A program made the translations under genes and the position numbers. A stretch of 64,000 nt of DNA. It comes from Escherichia coli (GTDB lineage: Bacteria > Pseudomonadota > Gammaproteobacteria > Enterobacterales > Enterobacteriaceae). Shown here one piece after another: positions 45,941 to 59,118 of this stretch. Where the stretch lies: NCBI RefSeq assembly GCF_016903815.1, contig NZ_CP069973.1; one strand, 5' to 3'. Positions within the stretch are counted from its first letter, which is position 1, and every line of letters starts with the position of its first letter. The notes under the pieces were generated by a model, which saw nothing but the letters and a program-made list of their open reading frames with translations, was not told the DNA's origin and did no database searches.

Positions 45941-45980
45941 TTTTCGAGCGCCTATACTTAACGTTCATCCCGTGAAATAA

Positions 45981-46181
<201 letters not shown>

Positions 46182-46438
46182 CCGCATCAGACTGCTCGGA
46201 AGGGATTCTGAGTGCCACCACAAGGGATCTGCGTCACATTTTTCACAATTCATGTTTTTCAAATAATTAGAATATTAAACAATAACAATCCATTACTGGA
46301 ATCATTTGGAATCTTTACATTATGCCGTGCAGGTCTGCTGCTACGCTTTTTGTCATTTGTAGCACAGGTAAGTGTCAGCAGTGGTGCTTAGCGCTTGCCC
46401 GGTAATTAACGACGAAATAAAAGTAAGGTGGAAGAACA

Positions 46439-47116
46439 ATGAGTGCGTCGTTGGCGATTCTAACCATCGGCATTGTACCTATGCAGGAAGTTTTGCCGCT
46501 CCTGACAGAATACATTGACGAAGATAATATTTCCCATCATAGCCTGCTGGGGAAGTTAAGCCGCGAAGAAGTGATGGCGGAGTACGCGCCAGAAGCAGGC
46601 GAAGACACCATTCTCACATTATTAAATGACAACCAGCTGGCCCATGTTTCGCGTCGTAAAGTGGAACGAGACCTGCAAGGTGTGGTTGAAGTGCTCGATA
46701 ATCAGGGTTACGACGTCATTATATTAATGAGTACAGCAAACATTAGTAGTATGACCGCGCGTAATACGATCTTTCTTGAGCCGTCGCGGATATTGCCACC
46801 GCTGGTTTCCTCTATTGTTGAAGATCATCAGGTGGGGGTTATCGTACCGGTTGAGGAGTTGCTGACCGTTCAGGCGCAAAAATGGCAAATTTTGCAGAAA
46901 CCGCCAGTATTTTCATTGGGTAACCCCATTCATGATTCAGAACAAAAAATCATTGATGCCGGGAAAGAATTACTGGCAAAAGGGGCTGATGTCATCATGC
47001 TGGATTGTTTGGGATTTAACCAGCGTCATCGCGATTTACTGCAAAAACAGCTCGATGTTCCTGTCTTGCTCTCTAACGTATTGATTGCACGGCTGGCTGC
47101 GGAATTACTGGTGTAA
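46439..47116 (+). CDS. aroM: AroM family protein
   Basis: 225 aa [22 protein letters not shown]... Confidence 0.9.
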   Translation: MSASLAILTIGIVPMQEVLPLLTEYIDEDNISHHSLLGKLSREEVMAEYAPEAGEDTILTLLNDNQLAHVSRRKVERDLQGVVEVLDNQGYDVIILMSTANISSMTARNTIFLEPSRILPPLVSSIVEDHQVGVIVPVEELLTVQAQKWQILQKPPVFSLGNPIHDSEQKIIDAGKELLAKGADVIMLDCLGFNQRHRDLLQKQLDVPVLLSNVLIARLAAELLV

Positions 47117-47187
47117 TTTTGCGTGACAGCCAGCGCCTCTGGCCCCTATAGTGAAGTAGATGTTCAACTACCAGACAGGGCCAGTTT

Positions 47188-47472
47188 ATGCTTCAAAGTA
47201 ATGAGTACTTTTCCGGCAAAGTGAAATCGATCGGCTTTTCCAGCAGCAGCACTGGTCGCGCCAGCGTGGGTGTTATGGTTGAAGGCGAATACACCTTCAG
47301 CACCGCTGAGCCGGAAGAGATGACGGTAATCAGTGGCGCGCTGAATGTGTTACTGCCTGACGCGACCGACTGGCAAGTGTATGAAGCCGGTTCGGTGTTT
47401 AATGTTCCCGGTCACAGTGAGTTTCATCTGCAAGTTGCCGAACCCACCTCTTATCTGTGCCGCTATCTGTAA
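47188..47472 (+). CDS. ppnP: Pyrimidine/purine nucleoside phosphorylase PpnP (YaiE)
   Basis: 94 aa [17 protein letters not shown]... Confidence 0.92.
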
Positions 47473-47679
47473 TTCCTCGCCTTCCCCTTGAACGGGAGGG
47501 CATTTTTCTGAAATGTTCTCTCATAAACCCATAATAATATTTCCTTTGCTGCGATTTTTTCGATTTCCGATATATTCATAATTCATCAAGGTTGATATAA
47601 ATATCAGCGAAGATCTCCAGATATTGTTGCGGAACTGGCGACGATAAAAGATAAATCAGATGATGAATGGTGGCGTGCA

Positions 47680-47961
47680 TTGCTGCAAAGTCGCAATGAT
47701 CATTTGCGCCAAACGGCATTGCGCAACGCACATACCCCGGCGTCGTTGTTAACGGCATTGACTGAGCCTCAGGATCGGGCGTTGGTTATTAATAATCCAC
47801 AGTTGGCTGCCGATGTGAAAACGATGTGGTTAAAAGATGATCCATCATTACTCTTATTTGTCGATCAACCCGATCTTTCGCTGTTACGTGATTTAGTGAA
47901 AACCGGGGCAACGCGGAAAATTCGCAGTGAAGCGCGTCACCGGCTTGAGGAAAAACAATGA
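47680..47961 (+). CDS. Hypothetical protein, possibly ykiA-like
   Basis: 93 aa ORF from the six-frame track in the ppnP-rdgC spacer; no recognisable domain; identity not verified. Confidence 0.3.
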   Translation: MLQSRNDHLRQTALRNAHTPASLLTALTEPQDRALVINNPQLAADVKTMWLKDDPSLLLFVDQPDLSLLRDLVKTGATRKIRSEARHRLEEKQ

Positions 47962-48047
47962 CACAACGCCCATGGAGCAAGTTACAGCGTAAAACGCATA
48001 ATATTGCTGCGCTAAAAATTATTGCCCGCCGTAGCGAATAATTATAT

Positions 48048-48102
48048 GCCTGGTGTGGCTTCGTACGCCGGATAAGACGCGGCAGGCGTCGCATCCGGCA
48101 TT
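48048..48102. repeat. REP-like palindromic unit downstream of the ykiA-like ORF and rdgC
   Basis: GCCTGGTGTGGCTTCGTACGCCGGATAAGACGCGGCAGGCGTCGCATCCGGCA. Confidence 0.7.
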
Positions 48103-48118
48103 AAAGGTAAATCAGCAA

Positions 48119-49030
48119 TTAACGTTGTGCTTCGCCACCTAATCCTTCAATCAGGTTTTGAATTAACGCTGCCAGTTCACCAGTCATCAGGATGAAATCG
48201 GCATCAAAACGCTGGGCGAAATCTTCACGGTCGATATCTTCGTTTTGATCGCGCAGCTCGTCGCAGAACTTCAGACGCTTGAGCGAACCATCGTCGCACA
48301 TCACAAACTGAATGCGCTGCTGCCAGTCGAGCGCCAGTTTAGTCACCACTTTTCCGGCTTCAATGTGATTGGTGATCTCTTCGCTGGTCAGATCTTGTTT
48401 CTTCGCGCGGATCACTCCACCATCTTCCAGCAGCGATTTCAGCTCGGCTTCATCAAGCAGCTGGAAGCCCTGTGCCGCGCTGCCGGAGCGTACCCATTCG
48501 GTCAGCGTCAGTTCAATCGGGTTTTCCATGCTCAATGGTACAACCGGTAACGACCCCAGGCTTTTACGCAGTAATGCCAGCGTATCTTCCGCTTTTTTGG
48601 CACTGGCGCAGTCCACCATAATCAAACCGTTAACCGTGTCGATCCACATCATTGTCTGGCTAAAACGGCTGAAAGCACGTGGCAGCAGAGAGTGCAGCAC
48701 TTCGTCTTTCAGCGAATCTTTTTCGGTTTTCTTCAGCTTACGCGCCTGTTCCGCTTCCAGTTTGGCGATTTTCGCTTCCAGCGCCTGTTTAATCACCGGA
48801 GACGGGAGGATTTTTTCTTCTTTGCGCGCGCAGATAACAATTTGACCATTGGCAACGTGCGTTAACGCATCGCTGTGCGATCCCATCGGAGGAACCCAGC
48901 CCATCTTCGCCATGTCCTGGCTGCCGCATGGGGTAAATGCCATCGAGGCTAGCTGTTTTTCCATCTCTTCTGCACGCAACGAAATCTCGCGGCTAAGACG
49001 GTAAACCATTAAATTTTTGAACCACAGCAT
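48119..49030 (-). CDS. rdgC: Recombination-associated protein RdgC
   Basis: 303 aa from [27 protein letters not shown]... Confidence 0.95.
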
Positions 49031-49154
49031 GATAATTTCCACGGCCTTGTCGTTAAATTTAGCGGGCATGATAACGAATTGTCGGCGGCCTTGCATTGCC
49101 AATCCAGTTGTCCGTCTCTACGCTATTGATATTGAAAAAAATAAGGAGAGTACC

Positions 49155-50063
49155 GTGCGTATAGGTATCGATTTAGGCGGCACCAAAACTGAAGTGATTG
49201 CACTGGGCGATGCAGGGGAGCAGTTGTACCGCCATCGTCTGCCCACGCCGCGTGATGATTACCGGCAGACTATTGAAACGATCGCCACGTTGGTTGATAT
49301 GGCGGAGCAGGCGACAGGGCTGCGCGGAACGGTAGGTATGGGCATTCCTGGCTCAATTTCGCCTTACACCGGCGTGGTGAAGAATGCCAATTCAACCTGG
49401 CTCAACGGTCAGCCATTCGATAAAGACTTAAGCGCGCGGTTGCAGCGGGAAGTGCGGCTGGCAAATGACGCCAACTGTCTGGCGGTTTCAGAAGCAGTAG
49501 ATGGCGCGGCAGCGGGAGCGCAGACGGTATTTGCCGTGATTATCGGCACGGGATGCGGCGCGGGCGTGGCATTCAATGGGCGGGCGCATATCGGCGGCAA
49601 TGGCACGGCAGGTGAGTGGGGACACAATCCGCTACCGTGGATGGACGAAGACGAACTGCGTTATCGCGAGGAAGTCCCTTGTTATTGCGGTAAACAAGGT
49701 TGTATTGAAACCTTTATTTCGGGCACGGGATTCGCGACGGATTATCGTCGTTTGAGCGGACATGCGCTGAAAGGCAGTGAAATTATCCGCCTGGTTGAAG
49801 AAAGCGATCCGGTAGCGGAACTGGCATTGCGTCGCTACGAGCTGCGGCTGGCAAAATCGCTGGCACATGTCGTGAATATTCTCGATCCGGATGTGATTGT
49901 CCTGGGGGGCGGGATGAGCAATGTAGACCGTTTATATCAAACGGTTCCGCAGTTGATTAAACAATTTGTCTTCGGCGGCGAATGTGAAACACCGGTGCGT
50001 AAGGCGAAGCACGGTGATTCCAGCGGCGTACGCGGCGCTGCGTGGTTATGGCCACAAGAGTAA
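49155..50063 (+). CDS. mak: Fructokinase / manno(fructo)kinase Mak (ROK family)
   Basis: GTG start after AAGGAGAG SD; 302 aa [14 protein letters not shown]...; ROK zinc motif CYCGKQGC. Confidence 0.93.
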   Translation: MRIGIDLGGTKTEVIALGDAGEQLYRHRLPTPRDDYRQTIETIATLVDMAEQATGLRGTVGMGIPGSISPYTGVVKNANSTWLNGQPFDKDLSARLQREVRLANDANCLAVSEAVDGAAAGAQTVFAVIIGTGCGAGVAFNGRAHIGGNGTAGEWGHNPLPWMDEDELRYREEVPCYCGKQGCIETFISGTGFATDYRRLSGHALKGSEIIRLVEESDPVAELALRRYELRLAKSLAHVVNILDPDVIVLGGGMSNVDRLYQTVPQLIKQFVFGGECETPVRKAKHGDSSGVRGAAWLWPQE

Positions 50064-50074
50064 AAAACGTAGGC

Positions 50075-50106
50075 AATTGGCGCATCATGCCTGATGCGAC
50101 GCTTGC
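50075..50106. repeat. Left half of a REP palindromic unit split by the IS insertion
   Basis: ...ATGCCTGATGCGACGCTTGC abuts the IS terminal repeat. Confidence 0.75.
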
Positions 50107-50740
<634 letters not shown>

Positions 50741-50753
<13 letters not shown>

Positions 50754-51034
50754 TGTTTTGCCACTGAACTTAACCGGGCAGCTACCCGGGGTAGAGACTC
50801 AGAATGCCCGAGAGCATAAAGAACCACGCAAAGTTTATCTTCAGGAGAATAGCTACGCCTGTGTCTGCAATCCAGTGCCCGAGGACCGTGAAGAAGAAAA
50901 AGATTAATCCAGTGTGAGAGGCTGGTGTGAGAAAGTTGAAAGAGTTTTGCCGTAGAAATGATGCCTGCATGACCAGCCAGGTAATGATTTACAGCGGCAA
51001 GTTTTACTTCAAATGAATGTTTCATAAACTGCAC
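50741..51034 (-). pseudogene. IS3-family OrfA (HTH) fragment, C-terminally truncated
   Basis: 97 aa MQFMKHSFEVKLAAVNHYLAGHAGIISTAKLF... resembling IS150-type OrfA N-terminus; no frameshift window or leucine zipper remains. Confidence 0.7.
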
Positions 51035-51076
51035 CTTCAGATGTCAGATTATGTACAACATTTGGGGTGCAGTTCA

Positions 51077-51150
51077 TGACGCGTCTTATCAGGCCTACAA
51101 AATGTGCCAGAACCGCGTAGGGCGGATAAGGCGTTCACGCCGCATCCGGC
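51077..51150. repeat. Right half of the split REP plus a second REP unit (BIME)
   Basis: TGACGCGTCTTATCAGGCCTAC ... GTAGGGCGGATAAGGCGTTCACGCCGCATCCGGCA. Confidence 0.75.
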
Positions 51151-51178
51151 AATAAGCAACGCGCACCGTGACAGTAAT

Positions 51179-52363
51179 CTACCCCAGTGGTTTCGCCAGC
51201 ACCGGACTATCCGCCGCTTGCTGGCGCTTATAGCGACCATACAGCAGCAACGACGACATCGCAGCAAACGAAAGCAGGGCGGCAGGCAGCGCCACGTAAT
51301 TATATGCCAGCCCCAGCGTCAGCATCATACCACCGCAATATGCGCCGACGGCGCTACCGAGGTTAAACGCTATTTGCCCACCTGCGGCACCTAATAACTC
51401 TCCGCCTTTGGCATTTTGCAGTAACAATATTTGCAGTGGTGCTGAAAGGGCAAATAATCCCGCGCAACAAATAAATGCAAAAATAAGCGACGTTGTTTTC
51501 ATGCCGCCGAAGAAAAAGAGCATCAGCAGTGCCAGCACAATAATAAAGTCAGTTACTGCCGCAATGCGCAGTGGTGAATAACGTCCTGAAATCCGGCCAC
51601 TTAGCACATTCCCCAGCACCATCCCTAGCCCAACTAACATCATAATAAAAGTCATCGCCGTTTCCGAAAAACCGGAAATAAACATCATGTATGGCTTTAC
51701 GTAGCTGAACCAGGCAAACACACCTGCGTTGCCAAACATGGTGGCGGCGAAAATTAACCACGGGGCCGGGCTGCGCAAAAAGTGAAATTGTTCGCGTAGC
51801 TTCCCTTTCGCCTCGTCGCGAATATCCGGCACCCAAAAATAGACCGATGCCATCACCGCAATATTAAAAACAGCGATCAATAAAAAGGTGTAACGCCAGC
51901 TAAATTCCTGACTTAAATACGTTCCCAGCGGAATGCCCAGCAAATTGGCGACTGTCATCCCGGAAACCATCCCCGCCACGGCGGCGGTGACTTTGCCGGG
52001 TTTGATAATTTTCGATAACACGATCGCGCCGACGCCAAAAAATGCACCATGCGGAAAGCCGGAAACCAGCCGACCAATGGCGAGCATCAGGTAAGACGAA
52101 GAGAGCGTGAACATGGCGTTGCCAATGACGCACAACGCCACCAGAAACAATAAGATATGTTTGAGTGAGTAGCGGCTGGAAAAGAGTGCGATGATTGGCG
52201 CACCGACCACCACCCCCAGCGCATAATACGAGATCATATGCCCGGCAGCAGGAATCGAAATTCCTACGTTATGCGCCAGCTCCGTGAGCACGCCCATAAT
52301 GCCAAATTCGGCCATCCCCAAACCAAACGTGCCCAGAGCCAAAGATAAAATGACTTTTTTCAT
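51179..52363 (-). CDS. araJ: MFS transporter AraJ
   Basis: 394 aa from MKKVILSLALGTFGLGMAEFGIMGVL... Confidence 0.93.
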   Translation of the reverse strand: MKKVILSLALGTFGLGMAEFGIMGVLTELAHNVGISIPAAGHMISYYALGVVVGAPIIALFSSRYSLKHILLFLVALCVIGNAMFTLSSSYLMLAIGRLVSGFPHGAFFGVGAIVLSKIIKPGKVTAAVAGMVSGMTVANLLGIPLGTYLSQEFSWRYTFLLIAVFNIAVMASVYFWVPDIRDEAKGKLREQFHFLRSPAPWLIFAATMFGNAGVFAWFSYVKPYMMFISGFSETAMTFIMMLVGLGMVLGNVLSGRISGRYSPLRIAAVTDFIIVLALLMLFFFGGMKTTSLIFAFICCAGLFALSAPLQILLLQNAKGGELLGAAGGQIAFNLGSAVGAYCGGMMLTLGLAYNYVALPAALLSFAAMSSLLLYGRYKRQQAADSPVLAKPLG

Positions 52364-52488
52364 ACCACCATCACAACCACCAGAACGGCTACCAATCACC
52401 GTAGCCAATAAAGTGATAGCTTGCAGGATAACGACCAGCAAGGCCAAGAGATAATTCGCCCCTCTGTATTCATTATCCTGCTGAATAG

Positions 52489-55400
52489 TTATTTCACTGC
52501 AAACGCACTTTCCAGTTTGCTGTAGCCCAGGCCGTTGATCTTCTTCACTTTGATCTGCACCGGAATACGCTCTTTCATCGCTTCAACGTGGCTAATCACA
52601 CCGATGGTTTTGCCACTGGCATTCAGGGCATCCAGCGCATCAAGGGCGGTATCCAGCGTTTCGCTATCCAGCGTGCCAAAACCTTCATCAAGGAACAGCG
52701 AGTCAATACGCGTTTTATGGCTGACCAGATCCGAAAGCGCCAGCGCCAGCGCCAGACTGACGAGGAAACTTTCGCCGCCGGAAAGGGTACGGGTATCGCG
52801 TACCGCATCTGCCTGCCAGGTATCAACAACCTCGACTTCCAGCGCCTCGCTGGCTTTGCGCTGTAACAGATAGCGCCCGTGCAGCCGGGTAAGTTGCTGA
52901 TTAGCGAGATGGACTAAATTATCCAGCGTCAGCCCCTGGGCAAACTTGCGGAATTTATCGCCCTCTTTGGAACCTATTAGCGAATTCAGATATCCCCAGT
53001 CCTCAACCTGCTGCGTCATTTGAGCAATTTGCTGCATTAAGGTTTGCTGTTGCTGACGGTTGTCTGCATCCTGCTTCAGCTGCTGGCGAATCTCGCCCTG
53101 ACTGGTGGTGTTTTCACGCAACTTTTGGTGAGTTTGCGCTAACTCTTGCTGAATCTGCTTCACCGTCACAGTGAGAGTCAACCCGTCAGGTCGGTGTTGC
53201 TGATGCTGTGCCAGCGCTTCTGCTGTCTGAGTGACCAGCGTTTGCGCCTGACGGCGCTGGTTTTCCAGATTCTGCTTGAGCTGTTCCAGCTGCGTTAGTG
53301 TTTGTTCATCCATTAGCGCCGCAAGGAACGCCTGCTGATCGTCAAAGACGCTGGCCTGTAGCGCGGTGTCAAACTGCGCCTGGGCTTTTTGCAGACTTTG
53401 CGCCGCCAGAACGTCCTGTTGCTGTAACGTCTGCTGCTGGCTGTGTAATGCGAGACATTGTTCATGAACCTGCCGCCAGTTTTCCAGCACCACAGTTTCT
53501 TCGCTGTGCGGGAGTTCATCACTTTGCGGCAACGTTTCCAGAATCGGCGTCAGTTGCTGAATACGGTTTTGCAGCGCGGTTAATTCGTTCTGGCGATGCT
53601 GCCAGCTCTGCGCTTCTTGCTGACGCGTCGCCAACCAGCTCTCTTCTTCATCTTCCTGTGGCAATGTCAGTGCATAACCCGCCAATGCCGTTAAGAGCTG
53701 CTGCTGGCGTTGTTCAATTTGCTGTTGATACTGAATAATTTGCTGATTATGCGCGGCAATCTGCCCTTGTAATTCATGCCGTTGGCTGAGTAACCGCAGC
53801 TGGCGTTCGTGCTCATCTTGTGCATCCAGCCACGGTTGAATATCGTCCTGTGGCTGCAAGGTGATATTGAGGCTGGCCGTGACGGCTTGCCATTGTTGAG
53901 TAAGTGCTTGCTCATCTTGTCGGAGGCTTTGCGCTTCGTTTTCATCGCGCTGAAGCTGCTTCGTTAATGCATCCAGTTGCCCACGTAGCGCCGCACCTTC
54001 TTCGCCGAGCTTTTTCACTTCTTTTTCCAGCGTTAATAGCCGGGCCTGATTAACGCCCGGTTCCAGCGCCTGATACGCCTCGACCGCCGGGTGGCTGGTG
54101 GAACCACAAAGTGGACAAGGCTGACCCGCCTGTAACTGCGCGCGCTGGGCTTCCAGCGTTTTGATGCGCGCTTCCTGCTCGCAAATGGTTTTGACATCGG
54201 CAAGTTGCTGCGTCTTTTCTTTATAACGCTGGCGCATTTCGTTAAGTGCGGCGTTACGTTGCGTCTGTTCTTGCGTGACATTCTGGATAGTGACCTGTAA
54301 TTGCGCCAGGCGTTTTTGTTGGGGAACAATCTGTCCATGCAACGCGACCAGGCGCTGACGCAGCGTGCGTTGCTCAGCATGTTGCGCCAGGGCGGTAGCA
54401 ACTTCATCGGCGGTTAACGTCAACGTGATCGCCGCAAGCGCATTAAGTTTTTGCTCAGCATGGGTTAACTGTTGCTGCCATTGCCGCAGATGCTCGCGAT
54501 CGCTGGTTTGTTGGGAGAACTGCGCACGCCAACCCGCCAGTTCGTTGTTCCACTGACGGAAGCGGTCGTATTCCTGTAACCAGGTATTCAGGCTTTGTTG
54601 CTGCTGCTGTAATTCTGCTGACTGCTTCGCCGCGTGGTGGCGAATGCTCGCGCGAAGCGCCATTGTGCTCTGTAAGCGAGTATTTACTTCTTCAATCTGC
54701 TGGCGAGTATGCGCCAGCGCCGCGCTGTGTTCTGCGATGCGTTCCCAGTGCGGACGAAGATTTCGTGCCGGTTGTGCCAGACTGAGCGCCGCCAGTTGAG
54801 GTTGCGCTTTTTCTTCTTCGGCTAACGCCTGTTGCAAGGCCTGCTGACGGCGGCTGGCTTCTTGCTGCAATTCGTCCAGACGCGTTAACCAGTTTAGTGA
54901 TTGTTGTTCTTGCTGCTGCGCGGTAAGTAACTGTTTTTCTTCGTCAGTAAGTACCTGCAAACTCGCTGTCAGCGATTGCACTTGTTCCGGCGTGAGCAAC
55001 GCGACGCCGCTGGCCTGCGCTTGCAGCTTCTCCAGCTCTGTGCGGGCTGATTTGTGCTGCTCAAAAACCATCGCCGAGATTTGCCCGTAGATTTCAGTGC
55101 CAGTTAACTCCTCGAGCAATTCCGCGCGTTCTTTGGGTTTGGCATTCAGGAAGGCAGCAAATTGCCCCTGCGAAAGCAGCATCGAACGGGTGAAGCGCCC
55201 GTAATCCAGTCCGGTTAACGTCGCCGTCAGTTCCAGCTTATCTTTCACTTTGTCGGCGAGAATTTTGCCATCGGCGCAGCGCGCCAGCTCTACGCGTGGC
55301 ACCTGCAAATTACCGTCCGGCTGGTTACGCGCCCGATTCTGGCTCCAGAACGCGCGATACGCTTCACCTTTCACTTCAAACTCCACCTCCGCCAGACATT

Positions 55401-55632
55401 CGGCGGTATCGCGGGTCATGAGATCATTTTGCGATTGTGAAACGTTAGAGAGGCGCGGAGTTTCGTGATACAGCGCCAGACAAATGGCGTCCAGCAGGGT
55501 GGTTTTCCCCGCACCGGTTGGGCCGGTAATGGCAAACAGCCCGTTGCTGGCGAACGGCTCGCGGGTGAAATCAATCTTCCATTCGCCTTTTAATGAGTTC
55601 AGGTTTTTCAGGCGCAGGCTGAGAATTTTCAT
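52489..55632 (-). CDS. sbcC: SbcC nuclease ATPase subunit (Rad50/SMC-like)
   Basis: 1047 aa; N-terminal Walker [10 protein letters not shown], long Q-rich coiled coil with CPLCGS zinc hook, C-terminal signature and Walker B. Confidence 0.96.
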   Translation of the reverse strand: MKILSLRLKNLNSLKGEWKIDFTREPFASNGLFAITGPTGAGKTTLLDAICLALYHETPRLSNVSQSQNDLMTRDTAECLAEVEFEVKGEAYRAFWSQNRARNQPDGNLQVPRVELARCADGKILADKVKDKLELTATLTGLDYGRFTRSMLLSQGQFAAFLNAKPKERAELLEELTGTEIYGQISAMVFEQHKSARTELEKLQAQASGVALLTPEQVQSLTASLQVLTDEEKQLLTAQQQEQQSLNWLTRLDELQQEASRRQQALQQALAEEEKAQPQLAALSLAQPARNLRPHWERIAEHSAALAHTRQQIEEVNTRLQSTMALRASIRHHAAKQSAELQQQQQSLNTWLQEYDRFRQWNNELAGWRAQFSQQTSDREHLRQWQQQLTHAEQKLNALAAITLTLTADEVATALAQHAEQRTLRQRLVALHGQIVPQQKRLAQLQVTIQNVTQEQTQRNAALNEMRQRYKEKTQQLADVKTICEQEARIKTLEAQRAQLQAGQPCPLCGSTSHPAVEAYQALEPGVNQARLLTLEKEVKKLGEEGAALRGQLDALTKQLQRDENEAQSLRQDEQALTQQWQAVTASLNITLQPQDDIQPWLDAQDEHERQLRLLSQRHELQGQIAAHNQQIIQYQQQIEQRQQQLLTALAGYALTLPQEDEEESWLATRQQEAQSWQHRQNELTALQNRIQQLTPILETLPQSDELPHSEETVVLENWRQVHEQCLALHSQQQTLQQQDVLAAQSLQKAQAQFDTALQASVFDDQQAFLAALMDEQTLTQLEQLKQNLENQRRQAQTLVTQTAEALAQHQQHRPDGLTLTVTVKQIQQELAQTHQKLRENTTSQGEIRQQLKQDADNRQQQQTLMQQIAQMTQQVEDWGYLNSLIGSKEGDKFRKFAQGLTLDNLVHLANQQLTRLHGRYLLQRKASEALEVEVVDTWQADAVRDTRTLSGGESFLVSLALALALSDLVSHKTRIDSLFLDEGFGTLDSETLDTALDALDALNASGKTIGVISHVEAMKERIPVQIKVKKINGLGYSKLESAFAVK

Positions 55633-56831
55633 ACTTCGTGTTCTCCGGCGAGGGTATGCAACGTCGTGGTGAAAAGATACTGCAGACGTTGCTGCTGCGA
55701 TTCATCCAGTTCTTCCAGTGCCAGACGGCGATTGAACACCTCTTCGACGCTGAGTTCGCTGAGGGTTTCACGCTGTTGGCTGGCTAACACACGCTCGCGC
55801 TGTTCACGACTCCGGCGTACCAGCAATACTTCGACAGGCAATGATTCGGTTAATGCCTGGATTTTGCGCTGAATATCATGCAGATACTCATCAGTAGTGA
55901 TTTCGATATCCAGCCAGACAGGTGGCTCCTGTGATACATCGCGCCACTGTTCCAGCTGTTCGGTAATCGACGCCAGATCGCCTTTCAGCACCGCCATGGG
56001 TTGCGTTACCGGTACGTTCAGGTTTTCCACGCTCTCTAATTTGCCGTTTGAAAATGTCACCAGATGGACATATTTACTCTTACCGCATTCATCAAAACTC
56101 AGTGGAATGGGGGAACCGCAATAGCGAACATGTTCCATGCCGCCAATAATCTGTGCGCGGTGAATATGCCCGAGCGCGATGTAGTCGGCTGGTGGAAAGT
56201 TTTGTGCCGGAAACGCGTCCAGCGTGCCAATATAAATGTCACGCACGGCGTCACTTTTACTGGCACCCACGGTCGTTAAATGTCCCGTGGCGATGATGGG
56301 CAGAGGCTGATCGCCGCGCAGTTTGCAGGCATCGGCATAGTGTTGTTGGTAATAATCGGTAATCGCTGCCAGCAAATGCTGCTGTTTTTCAATACCGTTA
56401 AGCCCCGCCTGGCTGGTAATAATGTCACGCGGACGTAAAAACGGAATGGGGCACAGCACTGCGCCTGGCGTCCCGTCGCGACGAGGCAAGATTTGCGGCG
56501 CATGTCCGGCGCTGGCGACCACGGTCGTATTGAGGAACGCCATGATATCGCGCGATTCATTCAGCGTGGCGACCGAGTCATGGTTTCCTGCCAGTACCAC
56601 CAGATGACAGCCAGTTTGCTGTAAATTGACAACAAAACGGTTGTATAACGTGCGGGCGTAACTGGGCGGCGAGCCGGTATCGAAAACATCACCAGCAACA
56701 ATAATCGCATCCACCTGATGGGTTTGTGCTGTCTCCAGCAGCCAGTCAAGAAAAGCCTGATGTTCAGCTTCGCGGCTTTTACTGTAGAAGTTCTGGCCGA
56801 GATGCCAGTCTGAGGTGTGAAGGATGCGCAT
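55629..56831 (-). CDS. sbcD: SbcD nuclease subunit (Mre11-like phosphoesterase)
   Basis: 400 aa from [12 protein letters not shown]...; 4-bp overlap with sbcC. Confidence 0.95.
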   Translation of the reverse strand: MRILHTSDWHLGQNFYSKSREAEHQAFLDWLLETAQTHQVDAIIVAGDVFDTGSPPSYARTLYNRFVVNLQQTGCHLVVLAGNHDSVATLNESRDIMAFLNTTVVASAGHAPQILPRRDGTPGAVLCPIPFLRPRDIITSQAGLNGIEKQQHLLAAITDYYQQHYADACKLRGDQPLPIIATGHLTTVGASKSDAVRDIYIGTLDAFPAQNFPPADYIALGHIHRAQIIGGMEHVRYCGSPIPLSFDECGKSKYVHLVTFSNGKLESVENLNVPVTQPMAVLKGDLASITEQLEQWRDVSQEPPVWLDIEITTDEYLHDIQRKIQALTESLPVEVLLVRRSREQRERVLASQQRETLSELSVEEVFNRRLALEELDESQQQRLQYLFTTTLHTLAGEHEV

Positions 56832-56938
56832 AACGGTTCCCTGGCGAAAAAGCATGGGCGCGATTATACCCAAACAGATGTGCCATTTGCTTTTTTCTGC
56901 GCCACGGAAATCAATAACCTGAAGATATGTGCGACGAG

Positions 56939-56980
56939 CTTTTCATAAATCTGTCATAAATCTGACGCATAATGACGTCG
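56939..56980 (+). promoter_or_regulatory. Tandem Pho boxes of the phoBR promoter
   Basis: TTTTCATAAATCTGTCATAAATCTGACGCATAATGACGTCGC about 40 bp upstream of phoB. Confidence 0.9.
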
Positions 56981-57020
56981 CATTAATGATCGCAACCTAT
57001 TTATTACAACAGGGCAAATC

Positions 57021-57710
57021 ATGGCGAGACGTATTCTGGTCGTAGAAGATGAAGCACCAATTCGCGAAATGGTCTGCTTCGTGCTCGAACAAAATGGCTT
57101 TCAGCCGGTCGAAGCGGAAGATTATGACAGTGCTGTGAATCAACTGAATGAACCCTGGCCGGATTTAATTCTCCTTGACTGGATGTTACCTGGCGGCTCC
57201 GGTATCCAGTTCATCAAACACCTCAAGCGCGAGTCGATGACCCGGGATATTCCAGTGGTGATGTTGACCGCCAGAGGGGAAGAAGAAGATCGCGTGCGCG
57301 GCCTTGAAACCGGCGCGGATGACTATATCACCAAGCCGTTTTCGCCGAAGGAGCTGGTGGCGCGAATCAAAGCGGTAATGCGCCGTATTTCGCCAATGGC
57401 GGTGGAAGAGGTGATCGAGATGCAGGGGCTAAGCCTCGACCCGACATCTCACCGGGTGATGGCGGGCGAAGAGCCACTGGAGATGGGGCCGACAGAATTT
57501 AAACTGCTGCACTTTTTTATGACGCATCCTGAGCGCGTGTACAGCCGCGAGCAGCTGTTAAACCACGTCTGGGGAACCAACGTGTATGTGGAAGATCGTA
57601 CGGTCGATGTCCACATTCGTCGCCTGCGTAAAGCACTGGAGCCCGGTGGGCATGACCGCATGGTGCAGACCGTGCGCGGTACAGGATATCGTTTTTCAAC
57701 CCGCTTTTAA
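57021..57710 (+). CDS. phoB: Phosphate regulon response regulator PhoB
   Basis: 229 aa [18 protein letters not shown]...; Pho boxes upstream. Confidence 0.97.
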
Positions 57711-57767
57711 CGCCTTGCTCATCGGACGCAGAGCAGGGCTTATGATTTCTTAACTGGAGTATCTTAC

Positions 57768-59063
57768 GTGCTGGAACGGCTGTCGTGGAAAAGGCTGGTG
57801 CTGGAGCTGCTACTTTGTTGCCTCCCGGCTTTCATCCTGGGTGCATTTTTTGGTTACCTGCCCTGGTTTTTGCTGGCATCGGTAACGGGACTGCTTATCT
57901 GGCATTTCTGGAATTTATTGCGCCTTTCATGGTGGCTGTGGGTGGATCGTAGTATGACCCCGCCACCGGGGCGTGGTAGCTGGGAACCGCTACTATACGG
58001 CTTACACCAGATGCAGCTGCGAAATAAAAAACGCCGCCGTGAACTGGGCAATCTGATTAAACGCTTTCGTAGCGGCGCGGAGTCGCTACCCGACGCAGTG
58101 GTGCTGACCACGGAAGAGGGCGGTATTTTCTGGTGTAACGGTCTGGCGCAACAGATTCTTGGTTTGCGCTGGCCGGAAGATAACGGGCAGAACATCCTTA
58201 ACCTGCTGCGTTACCCGGAGTTTACGCAATATCTGAAAACGCGTGATTTTTCTCGCCCGCTCAATCTGGTGCTCAACACCGGGCGGCATCTGGAAATTCG
58301 CGTCATGCCTTATACCCACAAACAGTTGCTGATGGTGGCGCGTGATGTCACGCAAATGCATCAACTGGAAGGGGCGCGGCGTAACTTTTTTGCCAACGTG
58401 AGCCATGAGTTACGTACGCCATTGACCGTGTTACAGGGTTACCTGGAGATGATGGATGAGCAACCGCTGGAAGGCGCGGTACGTGAAAAAGCGTTGCACA
58501 CCATGCGCGAGCAGATCCAGCGGATGGAAGGGCTGGTGAAGCAATTGCTGACGCTGTCGAAAATAGAAGCCGCACCGACGCATTTGCTCAATGAAAAGGT
58601 TGATGTGCCAATGATGCTGCGCGTTGTTGAGCGCGAGGCTCAGACTCTGAGTCAGAAAAAACAGACATTTACCTTTGAGATAGATAACGGCCTCAAGGTG
58701 TCTGGCAACGAAGATCAGCTACGCAGTGCGATTTCGAACCTGGTCTATAACGCCGTAAATCATACGCCGGAAGGCACGCATATCACCGTACGCTGGCAGC
58801 GAGTGCCGCACGGTGCCGAATTTAGCGTTGAAGATAACGGACCGGGCATTGCACCGGAGCATATTCCGCGCCTGACCGAGCGTTTTTATCGCGTTGATAA
58901 AGCGCGTTCCCGGCAAACCGGCGGTAGCGGATTAGGGTTAGCGATCGTGAAACATGCGGTGAATCATCACGAAAGTCGCCTGAATATTGAGAGTACAGTA
59001 GGAAAAGGAACACGTTTCAGTTTTGTTATCCCGGAACGTTTAATTGCCAAAAACAGCGATTAA
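57768..59063 (+). CDS. phoR: Phosphate regulon sensor histidine kinase PhoR
   Basis: 431 aa with N-terminal TM, H-box [11 protein letters not shown] and ATPase domain. Confidence 0.96.
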   Translation: MLERLSWKRLVLELLLCCLPAFILGAFFGYLPWFLLASVTGLLIWHFWNLLRLSWWLWVDRSMTPPPGRGSWEPLLYGLHQMQLRNKKRRRELGNLIKRFRSGAESLPDAVVLTTEEGGIFWCNGLAQQILGLRWPEDNGQNILNLLRYPEFTQYLKTRDFSRPLNLVLNTGRHLEIRVMPYTHKQLLMVARDVTQMHQLEGARRNFFANVSHELRTPLTVLQGYLEMMDEQPLEGAVREKALHTMREQIQRMEGLVKQLLTLSKIEAAPTHLLNEKVDVPMMLRVVEREAQTLSQKKQTFTFEIDNGLKVSGNEDQLRSAISNLVYNAVNHTPEGTHITVRWQRVPHGAEFSVEDNGPGIAPEHIPRLTERFYRVDKARSRQTGGSGLGLAIVKHAVNHHESRLNIESTVGKGTRFSFVIPERLIAKNSD

Positions 59064-59090
59064 TCCGCCTTTGTCATCTTTTATTGCCAT

Positions 59091-59118
59091 AAGCCAGCCG
59101 ATGCTGGCTTATTTTCTT
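59091..59118 (+). terminator. Rho-independent terminator after phoR
   Basis: AAGCCAGC-CGAT-GCTGGCTT stem followed by ATTTTCTTT. Confidence 0.8.

Noticed and set aside
52489-56831. Large ATPase plus nuclease pair considered as a possible novel defence system
   Set aside because: Sequence features (Rad50-like coiled coil with CxxC hook, Mre11-like phosphoesterase) and the phoB-adjacent context identify the well-known SbcCD hairpin nuclease
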